From: Octopus bimaculoides
Taxonomy: Eukaryota
Assembly: GCF_001194135.2 (NCBI RefSeq)
Contig: NC_068997.1
Coordinates: forward strand, 46,162,698-46,226,697
Direction of reading: 5' to 3'
DNA: 64,000 bases
Position 1 is the stretch's first letter; the number at the start of each line of letters is the position of its first letter. The translations under genes were made by a program, and so were the position numbers. The notes beneath the pieces are model-generated. The model was not told the origin of the DNA. It saw only the letters and a program-made list of their open reading frames with translations, and ran no database searches. Of this stretch, positions 26,039 through 39,200 are shown piece by piece.

Positions 26039-26829
26039 GTGGAAACTACATTTTATTTTCTGGGCTGAGATTCGAAACCGTATCTAAGAATTTACGCTCT
26101 CACGATCCACCACTGGCCGAACAAGCGCGAAAGAAATTTTTTTGTCCTGTCAAAAAGTGATGGATGAGTTGCCACTCGACCTCCGACCTGGCTGTGTCAC
26201 AGAAAGTTCAGCTGGACAACAAGTGACCCAGATAAGTACAAACTATTCCTATGGTATATCCATCCTAGCTTCAGTTTGATTCCCACCACTTCACCGAGCT
26301 CACTCGTCTTCTCGGCTGTAAACACACCCGCACAACAGCGTACCACTCAGCAGCAAATGGCATGTTCGAAAGCTTTCACCGCCAACTTCAGGCGGCTATC
26401 AAAACATATCCAGACTGCTCCAACTGATTGGAATATCTTCCACTCATCTCCCTTGGTACCGGATACACAGTTAAGGAGGGAGTTGGACATATTCCGGCTG
26501 AACTGGTCTATGGCACGGCACTCGTCTTACATGGGCAGATGATCGACCCTCTTTCACCACAAGAGTTTCCAGACCTAGCAAAATGTGTTCATCGATTACG
26601 GACATCCATGTTGCATTTGTCCCCTGCAGGCCCCAGACAACAGAACGTCACTTCACATGTCCAAAGGACATCAATACTTGGACGGATGTTTTCGTCAGAA
26701 ATGATGGAATATCTTATCGACTTTGGCCACCATATTCCGGGCCCTACAAAGTAACCCACAAAGAACCAAAGTATTTCGTTCTTGATATTAGCGGAAACCG
26801 AAATACTGGCACTGTTGATCGCTAAAAAA

Positions 26830-26870
<41 letters not shown>

Positions 26871-28085
26871 CATTCGTGGAACAGGATTTACTATCAGTTC
26901 CCACCATTCCCCAAACCGACTCAACAACGTCAGCTTCAGCCCTCGCAAACACCTAAGATTCTGCACAACGCCGGCACACCAAATCGGGAAGAACAGTTCG
27001 ATTGCCCGCAAGATATGTTCAAGTCTTTCGGGTAAGTACAAATTCTTCAGCTACCCATCATTTCAATTGAAATGTCCATATCAACGAGTTTTTTCTAAAA
27101 AAATAAAGAGAACTTTTTCATGGTTATGAACAATTACCCTTCACATAACCCAAGAGACTATCAACATTGTTCTACTGATTGAACATTTAACCAACGAACT
27201 TTGGTACTACTAAAGCAGCGCGGACCCGAACGCGCAGTCGCGCGTCCGCGCTAGCTAGTCGTGAGTGGTCGATCCTAACCCTAACCCTAAACACGTATTC
27301 ATTTGCACACGCGGGTTAGGGATAGGGTTAGGGTTAGGGTTAGGGTTAGGATCGACCACTCAAGACTAGCTAGCGCGACTACGCGTTCGGGTCCGCGCTG
27401 CTTTAGTGCTTTAGTAGTACCCGAACTTTTTGGATGAACATTTTCATTTCTATGTAAAATTATATTTTGCTTTGTTTTAAAAACGTTTTGTTCTATGTAT
27501 CACACCTGCATACTTACACCACTCATATTTTCATGTGTGCTATTACTTAGCACACTTTCCGCGCTATTGAAAGACAACTTACCTCTATTAGACCTCCAGT
27601 GGGTCGCGTAATCAATAGAATTGCATATCTCTTTCAACGCGCCAGCATATTACATCTATGTTTCTACTTAGGCTATGCATCACCTAGCATATAATTCACA
27701 CACCAACTCTGAACGTTGATTTTTTGCTTTACATTTTTTTCACTTCACGTTTTTGGCATGTATTCATTTGTTTGTAAATGACTGGATATACATTTTGTGC
27801 ATTACACACCAAATCATGCATTTTCAATTTCACACGTATCTGTATCGTTCGATCTCTGGTTTTCTCACTGGAAGTGGGGTAATGTGGAAACTACAGTTTA
27901 TTTTCTGGGCTGAGATTCGAAACCGAATCTAAAAATTCCTGCTCGCACAATCCACCACTGACCGAACAGGCGCGAAAGAAATTTCTTTGTCCTGTCAAAA
28001 AGTGATGGCTGTGTCACGGAAAGTTCAGCTGGACAACAAGTGACCCAAATAAGTATAAACTACTCCTATGGCATATCCATCCTTC
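26039..28085 (+). mobile_element. Internally deleted Ty3/Gypsy LTR retrotransposon: 5' LTR fragment, integrase C-terminus, 3' LTR fragment
   Basis: Direct repeats 26039-26265 and 27883-28083 both begin TGTGGAAAC, the second preceded by purine-rich gaagtggggtaa. Between them lie PAELVYGTALVLHGQ and WPPYSGPYKVTHKEPKYFVLDISGNRNTGTVDR, homologous to 48480-49060 (-). Confidence 0.8.
27203..27421. mobile_element. Merlin-like MITE (219 bp) with 8-bp TSD and internal telomeric repeats
   Basis: Long inverted arms GGTACTACTAAAGCAGCGCGGACCCGAACGCG... / ...CGCGTTCGGGTCCGCGCTGCTTTAG(TGCTTTAG)TAGTACC; perfect TSD CGAACTTT at 27195-27202 and 27422-27429. GG termini with an 8-bp TSD fit the Merlin superfamily. 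Confidence 0.75.
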
Positions 28086-28602
28086 CAGCTAGGATGACCA
28101 TTATGGATTATATTGGTGGTCTTGTTTGTTAGTTGTTTTTTAGATGGTGCATTCATTGTAAAACTCTGCTTTTTTTTTTATAATTGAACTTCTCTCTAAG
28201 TAATTCGCCGATTAATTTCTTGTTTGTATTGTTGTAATTGACTAAAGTAATTTATTTTAAAGGCTATTTTTTAATTCTACTTTAAGTGGCAATTTTATCT
28301 CTGTTTCTTTCCTTTCCCATTCTCAAGTTTGCTTTTCAATTAGTTACCGTTGTAACTACCTAATTATTTCCCCTTTGTTAATTTGGTTGCTAGTGACCAC
28401 TCGAGTGCGATGTCACATTACTATTACAGCATGTCAGCGCTCTAGTGCTGTTTATTCATCGACACTGATTTAAGATTAATTCCTCTGTGTAATAATATAT
28501 TCATATTTATTTTGAAATGCTGTTCTGTAACAACACTTCTAACGTCGATACACCCTGTGAATAAGCACACATCTCTTCGTAGCAACTACTATTAATGAAT
28601 AT

Positions 28603-31600
28603 ATGGCAACGGCTGATTATGTCTCTCCAACAGATATAACGAAACACATTGCTAAGTAAGACAAGTTTTTTTTACCTCTTCGCAATTTTGGTAGATTTTT
28701 AAAGTTTTGTTTTTTAAATTAACGAAACAAAAGGGGCTTTAAGTTTTGTAATATCAGAGTACCAAAATCAGAGGCGGTAATGGAAGCGAAACGTTTTTAT
28801 TTTTTATTGCAAGGAAGTCAACATTGAGGTAATCTTTACAAAGAGAATATTCTACGTACCCGAAGGGCTAAAGAATAAAACTGTATTTAAAATACAAAGA
28901 ATTAGGGAGGAAAACGTTCGTAATAATTTATCCGGTGCAGTTTTCCTTTCTTTAATAACATTTATTGCTGGGATTTAATGCAAAATATTCGGACTGTGTT
29001 TCAAGTTATGATTTCACAAAAAAAAAAAAAACTCGCAAAACTGAAAATTCCCACGTGTAGAATACAAATTCGCAAAAATTTCCTGAAAATTCTGAAAAGC
29101 AAAAAAGTTATGTGGGGTAATATGGCATGCTTAAGGCAGAATTCCGCCATTTCAAAGTTTGAACCAGCCGCCTTTTTTCAGGTTGTGTAAACTCAACTTT
29201 TACCTCCCGCCACACTGTTATCCTCACGATACTCAAATAGTTTGTGTTAGCTCTAGGTCAGCCTTAAACAGACTTTTGATCAAAACATTCCAACCATATA
29301 ACTATCCCATCCTCTCGGGTGTTGTGTATCGTAGGGTATCCCATAAGTGTCCCGTCCTCTCGGGTATTGTGTACGGTAGGGTATCCCTTCCTTTACAGAA
29401 CGGTAGGATGGTTTTGGCTGCCATTTCTAGCAGATTCAGGATCCACACAGAGACTCTTGTCGACTCATCTTCCCTTTTGATGTCAACACGAAAATATAGG
29501 ACAACGACGATTGTATACGCAAAGAATAGCGTTGGCGAATCAGAAGGATGTCCTTGTGCAAACCTGAAATTGACTAAGTAAGATGAAGGCGTCTCTGTTC
29601 CTGAAAAAGAAGATGGTCTAGATAATTCCTCGAAGAACGCACTGCAGTTTTGAATCTGGTTGAAGTACTCGGCAAAAGATCAATTATGCGCTTCATTATG
29701 GCCATTGATTGTGTTTCGTATTCAGGTCTAGCTCACCTGTCAATCTCTTAGGTTTTATTATTGGAATTATTGCTGCTGATTTTAATGTCTTGATTGCTTT
29801 GATCATAAGTGGTCTGCTACTGATTTTAATGTTTCTCTTATTGAAATCTCTTCACAATATTCTTCCATACATTGGTGGCTTATAATAAGTCTGTAGTGGC
29901 GCGTGTGGCCGCCATCTTGGGAAGTGCCATTGCGCATGTGCAAGGGACTTGCCGTCAGCGGAAGTACCCGAACACGCATGCGCAATGCAACAAAAGGAGA
30001 GAAAGCAATAGCGTCCGATCTCTTTTCTCTCTAGCAGCGGTGGCAACAACACGTATCTGTCAGCTCAATACCGACGTGTGGTCAAAGCTTCCTTGGTATT
30101 CTAGCGGCATGCCTGTTCAACCGGGAACGAAACGGCTCTGCACCAACCTAGAATAAACTATTGATAAGTGATTTTCAAATTTTGTGTGTGATACATTTAA
30201 CTTCTTTGCAATATCTTGCACAGTTATATGGCAATCAGATTTAATTATGGCTTTGATTTGGTCATCATCAACTTCAGTAGGTCGACCAGAACATTGGTCA
30301 TCTTCGAGAGAAAAATCTCAAGAATGGAATTTTTAAAATCATTTCTGACACGTGCGTTCTGTTAAGCAATCAACATTATAAACTTCACACATCTCTTTGT
30401 GAGCCTTCAGCAGCTTTCTTGCTTTTACAGAAATAAAAAGCAAAATATGGTGAAATTGTTTGTTTTTGCACTCCATATTAAAATTGACACTGAACTAACA
30501 GCTGTAAGCAAAATTACATGCAATTTACTTGTAAAGTAAGCTAAAAGTAATGGCTCTCAAATGTCAGAAGGAAAAAGTCATAACAATGACAAGAATCATT
30601 AAAAAAAAAAATTGTAACTCTATTTGCTACAAAAACAAATTACTTACTTGCCAACCCAATATAATGAACAAACCAACATTTTTTTCGTCCGCAGATTGAC
30701 TTCAGTTCTTGAATACATTTTACAGTATGTTGAAGGTAAAAAAGAAGAATTGGAGAATAGGTCTGTTGAAAACAAGAAATTATTTAAGAAACCGTAAGTT
30801 TGGCAGTTTTGTTTCGTATTAGGCCACCAGTTATTCTGTAAGAGGAGTGATATCCTCACTTGCTTTACTGTACTAATTTTTTTCACAGCATTGTCTGCAT
30901 AAGAGATCTAAGCCTCCTCCCTACATCTGTCTATGTAGAAACATCATCATAATTGTTTCACATCCACTCTTCCGTGCCAGACGAAGTTTGTTAAAGTGGA
31001 TTTTCTACAGCCAGATGACCACTCTGTTGCCAGACTTCCTTATTTTCAAGCATGGTCATATCTCCACATGGTCAGTCATATTTTCAGGGAAGATTGGAAA
31101 CAACACCTGCATGATGTGGCACTCATTTCAACTATCACATGAAGTCAAAGCAAGGAGACAGTAACACACACACACACACACACACGACAGGCTTCTATCA
31201 GTTTCCATCTGCTAAATCTACTCACAAGGTTTTGGTTGGCCTGGTGCCTACACTAAAAGACATTTTTCCATGCTGCCACGCACTGAGACTGAACCTGAAG
31301 CTATGTGGTTGGGAAGCAAGCTTCTTACCACACAGCTGTCTGCACTTGTATTTATCATTGTTGTCTCCCTCCAGGTCTACTCTGATAAAACAGGTCTGTG
31401 AGGAAAAACATTCAGTAATAAATGTTATGACTAATGAAAGTCTCACATGTTCTTATTTTCCTTGTTTTACATACAAGATGGTGACCCATCTTTCTCGCAT
31501 GCAATTGTATAATTGTAGGTGGTCAAATACTGACATCACTACATATTGTTACGTCACACACTGTACACGTCTCTGTTTACTATAAACGGCAGGTATCTAA

Positions 31601-34600
31601 GCCATGAAGGAGAATATGAGGTGAAGAGATATGAAACTACTGCTGATAAAAATGTTATGGATAAAAACCAAACAAACAATGCTTTAGCACTCCCTGACCA
31701 AGGTAAGATATTTTTATTTTGTTATTGTTTTGTATTATTTTATTATCATTACCATGCTTACTCTTCAGTGATGAGCTTTGTTCAAAATGTCATGATTCTT
31801 GATTCTCTAGAAATCAAATTTACCCAAATTTATGTATGGTTGGCATTGAACAGATTTTTAAAAATGTCTCTTTTTTTATTTTTCATTGTAGCTGATGTCT
31901 GTTCTTTGACTAAAGAACAGTTGGCTGAAATTGAGCTAATTGACCAGGTGCTGAAGAAGGCTGATATAACATGGAAAAAGGTTGGTAAAGAAGAGAGTGA
32001 GCTTTTGAAGTGGTCAGAAGATAGATATTTGGTCTGTTTTAGTGGTATATTGAGTTCCAGCATCAGAGACTTGTGATGATTCCTAAAACATCTGTCAGCT
32101 AGAAATTGTATTTTAATTTGCAAGCTGTAAAAGTCATTGAAACAGGGTACATATAACATGCATGTACCTTCTTTCCGAATGTCTCCTAAAAATGAATGAT
32201 CTATATGTATATCTGATTTGATGTTTGCATTCATTTATATATCTGTGGCCTGTTTTGTTTGCCTTTGCAGTCTTACAGAAAACACCACTAATCTGACATC
32301 ATAGGCACAAAATACTTACACACACCTACACATGCAAAGAAGCACACATAAGTGTACTCAGGCATGTGCACACAGATTCAAATACATGCACACAAGTGCA
32401 AGTTGGCACTATCTCAGATACACAGATGTAAATTCACACTCATACACACACACAGAAAAGTGCAAACAGGCACAGACACATAAGTGTAACCAGGCATGCA
32501 TGTACACATTCAGATACATGCACACAGGTGCAAATTGACACAGACTTAGATACATAGGTGCAAATTCACGCAAACAGGTACAAGCACATGGAAGTGCACA
32601 CACACACACACATCAGGACAAACAGGAATATATGTAAACAGTGACAAACAAACAACAGTATAGAACCAAGACTGTTCTTAGTGGTTACATAATTTTTCCT
32701 TCTCGTTTCTAGCATAAACCAATTTCTCAAAGCATAAAAGACAATGAATCTCTTTCTAAAGAATGGAAACAAATTCTTGACTCAGAAAAGATACTGACTG
32801 ATACGACAAAAGTCGATTCCAATACTGAAGACAGCCCGAAGAATTCAGATATTGGAGTAATCTCTGAAGCTGCTTTGATTCGAGTTCTCAAAGGAGTGAA
32901 TATTCCAAAAGCCAAACCAGTGTCTCATAGAATTCCACAAAAGGCGGCTTCCAGAAAGAATCCCCAAATAGTGGTGAAAGAAAAACAAGTATTAAACACG
33001 AAACCCTCTTCAGTGTCAAAGGCATTGGTGAAGAAAGGTAGCAAGTCTAAAAAGATTGAGAAAGACCATTCAACAAAGATCTTAGATAAATCTGAAAAAA
33101 ATTGTCAAAATTCTCAGACTGATTTGATTCCTTGTTCCAAAGAACAGGTCACGGTTTCTTCAAAAGATCAAACAAGCAGAGGTGATGATGACCATCCCAC
33201 AGTCAGGTAACACATATTAGATATTTATTTTTTATGATATTTGATATTTAATCATTGTTGTAACAGTGGAAATAGGCAATGCAATATATTGATAGAGTTT
33301 GAATGTCTTTTGGTGCAGTGCATCTACTTTGATGTACACTAAACCACTATATTTTACTAAGATATTTTTGTCATCTGAAACTATGGACAAGATCTTTTAA
33401 TATTGTGCTACAACAGAAGGTAATCTCAGCCCTAATATGTGTGTGTCTGGCCGATGACAGTGCCGCTTGGTTGGCACTCGTGTCAATGGAACGTTAAAAG
33501 CACCATTCGAGTGTGATCATTGCCAGGGCCGCCAGACTGGCTTCTGTGCAGGTGACATGTAAAAAGCACCATTTGAACGTGGCTGATGCCAGTACCACCT
33601 GACTGGCCTTCGTGCCAGTGGTATGTGAAAGCACCCATTATACTCTCGGACTTGTTGGGGAAGGAAGTAGTTACTTCATGTCCACCCTGTGTGTGTGTGT
33701 GTTTGGGACACTCTACTACTTACTTGTACTTGTGGGGGCATTCACCTAGTGTGGGTTGAGCTGGGTCCGAGCATAGGATTCGCCACGTTCCTCACAAATG
33801 CTGATCCATATCTGACGGTCAACCCTAATGTTCCAGTAAGCAAAGTAATGCTTTAACCTGCAGCCTAAAAATCCAGCTTGCAAATTTGTCAACTGCTCCA
33901 CTGGCCGAACAAGTGCATCGGACAGAACAGATGCCATAGCTGTGCATTCATTGTCGAGGTATAGAATTCATGTTCAGGATTTCAGTGGGAATACAGATTC
34001 ACTTATGGTCCCCAGTCACATGCATACATACACACTGTATAACGGCTCATCTTGCTGTTGATTGCTGACCATCACAGCATTCACTGACCAAATCACTGGC
34101 AATTATCAGAGCAGACGTAGCCTGGGTTTGAAACAGGTGATACATATTCTAATTAACCCATAGTTAGGATCCTAACAGGTGCTACTACTCCAGGTCAGAA
34201 TAGACCTAGGAACAATAGTGGCTAAGAGATAGCTCCACATCCCTCAAAACCTTGGAATCCCTGTACCAAGACCCCATTACTGGATGCAGTTTAACCCTTT
34301 AGTATTTAATCCAGCCATATCTGACCAAAATAGTCTATCTGCTTTATGTTAAAACTGACCAAACCTAACCTCTTATACGCACCATACGATGTCACTCTAA
34401 AAATGTATAAGCCCACCAGTTGAAATCTTGAAGTTACAAGACAATGTGTGAATAAATAAGCAATATATTTGACAAAGAAATCTGAATGCAAAAAGGTTAA
34501 AGTCTTACCCAGAATACTCTAACCCAATATTTCTACCAATTCAATCCCCTTATAACAGATACAAAATATTTTGTATTGTTGTCAGCTGTTTTACTGCGCT

Positions 34601-35179
34601 CTTGTGTCCACAGGTCCTGTTTTACAGTCCCGACAAATATCAAATCCCTTTGGAAACAAAAATATTCTTTAAGGCAGAATATTCGGAAGCTGTCACAGAA
34701 TTCCTCTCCTGCTGATTCCTTCTGCACTCTTCTGGAAACGGAGGTAATTGTTTATTTTTATTTTTTATATTTTTTTGTCCCTTTTTTTTTTTGTCTATGA
34801 AAGATTTTATTTGGACAGAAACTTTATAGAACAGAAGAGGAGTGAGGTAGGGGGTTATCTTTTACCTTGTTTCATTCATTGGACTTTGTGGCTATGCTGG
34901 AGCATCACCTCGAAGGGTTTTAGTTGAACAAATTCCCCCTAGTACTTAATGCTTTTTGTTTAGTCTTGTGCTTCTATCAGTCTCTTTTGCTGAACCACTG
35001 AATTATGGGGATATAAACAAACCAACACCAGTTGTCAAGCGATGGGGATGTGTGTGACATGTGCGCACACACACACCTTATATGTCTATTTAACATGTAA
35101 AACTTTGTAACTCCTATTACCAAATAAAACACGTGTAATGGTGAATAAATAATATAAAAAAATTACCAATTTCCTGTTG

Positions 35180-35212
<33 letters not shown>

Positions 35213-36191
35213 AAATGATGGGCCTTCACACAGTTTCCATCTACGAAATTCATTCACAAAAACACTTACCCAAGGTGCTCTGCAGTGGAAATGAACTAGA
35301 AACCACATTGTAGTTAAGTGGGCTTTTGAACCACACAAACCTGCTTGTGCCTATGTGAGAAATGTTGAAAACATCGCTTTTAATACTGTGATGTTTAATT
35401 TTTAACCCTTTAGGCAGTGAAATTCCAACACATCTGTCTATATGTTCTGAGTTCAAATTCCACTTTGGTCAACTTTGCCTTTCATCTTTTGGGGTCGATG
35501 AACTAAGGGGTCAATGTAATTGGCTAGCACCTCCCAAATATCAGGCCTTGTGCTTATAGTAGAAAGGATTGTTTTCCATTGAATTTTTTTTTTTATCCAG
35601 AAGTCTGTGCCAGTGGCACGTCTTCGTGTTGGTGCCATGTTAAAAGCACTTAGCACCTACTGTAAAGTGGTTGGCATTAGGAAGGGCATACAGCTGTAGA
35701 AACCAAGCCAAATCAGGCTGGAACCTGGTGCAGCTCTTGTCAAACTGTCCAACCCATGCCAGCATGGAAAACGGACGTTAACGGATGAAGAAGTAGGAAG
35801 GATTTTGTTGGAGAAACATTTTTTAATACCTTTTATATCTGTTTTATACCTAGGTACACTATTTTTTCAATTGTTTATCTGTCAGTTGATCATCACTGAA
35901 GTTGTACAGTATTGTTCCTGATTTCTTTCATTGCAGATGGAGTCCTCTTTCCCATGTGGCAAGCTTCAAGTTCAGTTACTTTCAAAACAGTATGATGACC
36001 TCAATAAACTACTGCAGACTCTGGACCATGTTTGTGTTTCCAGTATGTTCTATTTACTATTTCTTCAATTACCAGCAGACAGCTCAGTGTATAACAGCTT
36101 ATTTAATGTTTAGAATACATTCCTTTCCACCTTTCTCTCTCTCTCTCTTGTTCTCTTTTATGTGTGTGTATATATATACATACATGCACAT

Positions 36192-36246
<55 letters not shown>

Positions 36247-39200
36247 AGGACAGATTTATGTTTATAAGAAAACAAGGCTTTGGTCAGCCCAAGGCTATAG
36301 TAGAAGACATTTGGAACTCAACAGCCCCCTCCACTCAGGAAACCCTCAACCATCATAAGTATATATGTCTACATACATACTGTCCTACTCATGCCAGCAC
36401 GGAAGGCAGACGTTAAATGATGATGAATTTACATATATATATATATATTTACACAGGCATTATTTATGGGATAACCCAATATATTATTTTAGTAGAGTGG
36501 CGAGCTGGCAGAAATGTTAGCACGCTAGGTGAAATGCTTTGCGGTATTTCGTCTGCCACTACATTCTGAGTTCAAATTCTGCCAAGGTCGACTTTGCCTT
36601 TCATCCTTTCTGGGTCAATTAAGTTAGTACTAGTTACGCACTGGGGTCGATGTAATCAACTTATTCCCTTTGTCTGTCCTTGTTTGTCCCCTCTATGTTT
36701 AGCCCCCCGCCCCTGTGGGCAATAAAGGAATAAATATATTATTTTACAAAATTATGATTTACTCATTCTTCCAGCTGATGCATCTCTAATCTGTTATGTT
36801 CTTCTTTCAGATATCTCTAGTCCTAAAGATATTTTGCGCATGAAGGTGTATATTAAACACATAATTGTGAAAACACTGGAGCTTAATCAACAGACAGAAA
36901 AACTTCTCGAAGAAGGTAAAGATCAGAAATTTCCTTTTTTTTTTTCTTCCTGTACTTTTATTATTCACATAATTTACAAGTGAACACAGTTGTGTTGTCA
37001 TTGTCATCATCATCATCACCTCTACCTCCTTATCACATACATTTTCTTTTCATGCCTGCATGAGTTTGCTGAATCTTCAATGCAGTCTCTCCACTTACTA
37101 TCTCCTTTATGAGGTCCAACAATCTGTGACCAGCTTTCACCACTTTTGCCTATGTCTTCCTTTTTTTGCAGGTTCCTTCACTTGAATCTCTTCATGTTTC
37201 TTTATTCAACTGTCCTTCTTTCACATGTTTATAGCAAGATGTTTTTCGCTCTTGCACACTACATCTGATTCCTCTTGTATCCAGTTTTTCTCTTACTGTT
37301 TTGTATATGATATCCTAAAACCTGACATCCTGAACCAACATGATACCCTAAAACCAAGACGCCACATAAAAAGCACCCAGTACACTCTGTAAAGTAGGTG
37401 GTGTTAGGAAGGGCATCCAGCTGTAGAAACTAAGCTAAAACAGACTATGGAATCTGGTGTGGCCTCTGGCCTTGCAGGTTCCTGTCATGCCATCCATCCC
37501 ATTCCAGCATGGGTTAAATAATGATGAAAATAGCATTACACATCTAGCATGATGTCCTCACTTCATTTCTTTCAAGCCTTTTACACCCTCTACCTTTAAT
37601 GCCTATGTTTTGCTACCAGCAATTCATCTAGTTTTCTAAGCAACCACCAGACTACAGTGTACAAAACTCTATTATATACTTTCCCCATAGTGAATGCTGG
37701 TTATAGGAGCTTACTCATTGCTAATAACTTCTGTCATTATCTCATTAGCAAGAGGGCAATGATAGTACTTCCACAAAACTCAACTGCAACTTCACTAAGC
37801 CGATTCTCTTCTTAATCAGTTGGACTATAGCTCTGAGTAACTTTCATAAACTTGTCCATCAATTATGTAGATGCCTTTCTTTAGAGCATTTTTTTTAACC
37901 CTTGTAGCAGCTAATACTGCTATCCCTTGACATTATCAAATATTGTAATATTAATTACTAAAAGTAATTATCTCTGGTCAACATGCACTTTCCAATGATT
38001 CACTTGTATGAGCTTTTTTGTTGAATCAATAATCTTTACTGTTGAAATTCCCATCTTACTACCACTCATTTAAATGTGAGCCATTCATTCATTCATCAAT
38101 CTATTTTCCAACCAACAGCTCAGTATTCTCAGCAAGCTCAAGGTAATATATGTGCCAAGATGCAACACAAATCATTTATTTCCAAATCAGAAATTCCTTT
38201 TGAGGTTTGGCTTCCACCTTATCTTTACCAATGTGAGTCACTTTTACTTATTTTGCTTTCTTCCTCCCTCTCCTCCTCCTTCATCCTTCTTTATTGACCC
38301 CTTTCAGGGTCAATAAAAGTAAATACCAGCTGAGTGATCGACTAACCCTATCCTCACAAAATTTCAGGCCTTGTGCTCATAGCAGAGAAGATTATTATTA
38401 TTATTAGTGGCATTTCTTCCTGCTCTTTAGGTTTCAAGTTCAAATTCGGCTGAGATTGACTTTATCTTTCATCTTTTTGGAAGTTGATAATGGAAGTATT
38501 GTGAAACAAGGGCTTGCTTTGAACAGTTTTAGACTTCTTACTGCAATAATTTCATCACCTTTTTATTTTCAATCTTAACTAAATTCGACTATATTTGGGG
38601 GACTAAATAAATAAACTGATATATGAAATAAAAATAAATTGCAGTCAATATTTGATTAATTTTTTATATTTAATTGTCTGATTTGGGGTTACTTTGAACA
38701 GTAATGTTTTTTTTTTTACTTCTGTTCAAAAGTTGAATATGTTATTTGGAGGGGTAAGTTTTTCCATCAACTGTAAGAGTCGCTTCTAAGTGCTGGAAGT
38801 ATGAGGATACTTCTGTAGCACTTAAAAATGCTCTGGATCTTTTGATATTTTGGTACAGGTGTGATACTAATTAGGACTTGTTTCGGTTTAAAAATGAATT
38901 AACCCATTCAGCTGAAGGAAAATTGTTTTTAAATTGCGTTACTGTGCGACCTTGAGCTGTGATATAAAGAGGAAACAAAATATTATATTCTGTTCAAAGT
39001 AACCCCATTTCATGGTGCCACTTACATACTGTTTTTTGCTTTGTGTCAAATTTGGAAAGAATTATTATTATTTAGGCAATTAGCTGGCAGAATCATTAGT
39101 GTACTGGACTAAATGCTTAGCAGTATTTCTTCTGACTCTTTACATTCTGTGTTCAAATATTGCCAAAGCTGACTTTTTCATCTTTTGGGGTTTGATAAAA

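Noticed and set aside
27270-27350. Telomeric repeats as a relic of chromosome end-to-end fusion
   Set aside because: The orientation is CCCTAA then TTAGGG (opposite to a fusion), and they lie inside a TIR element with a TSD.
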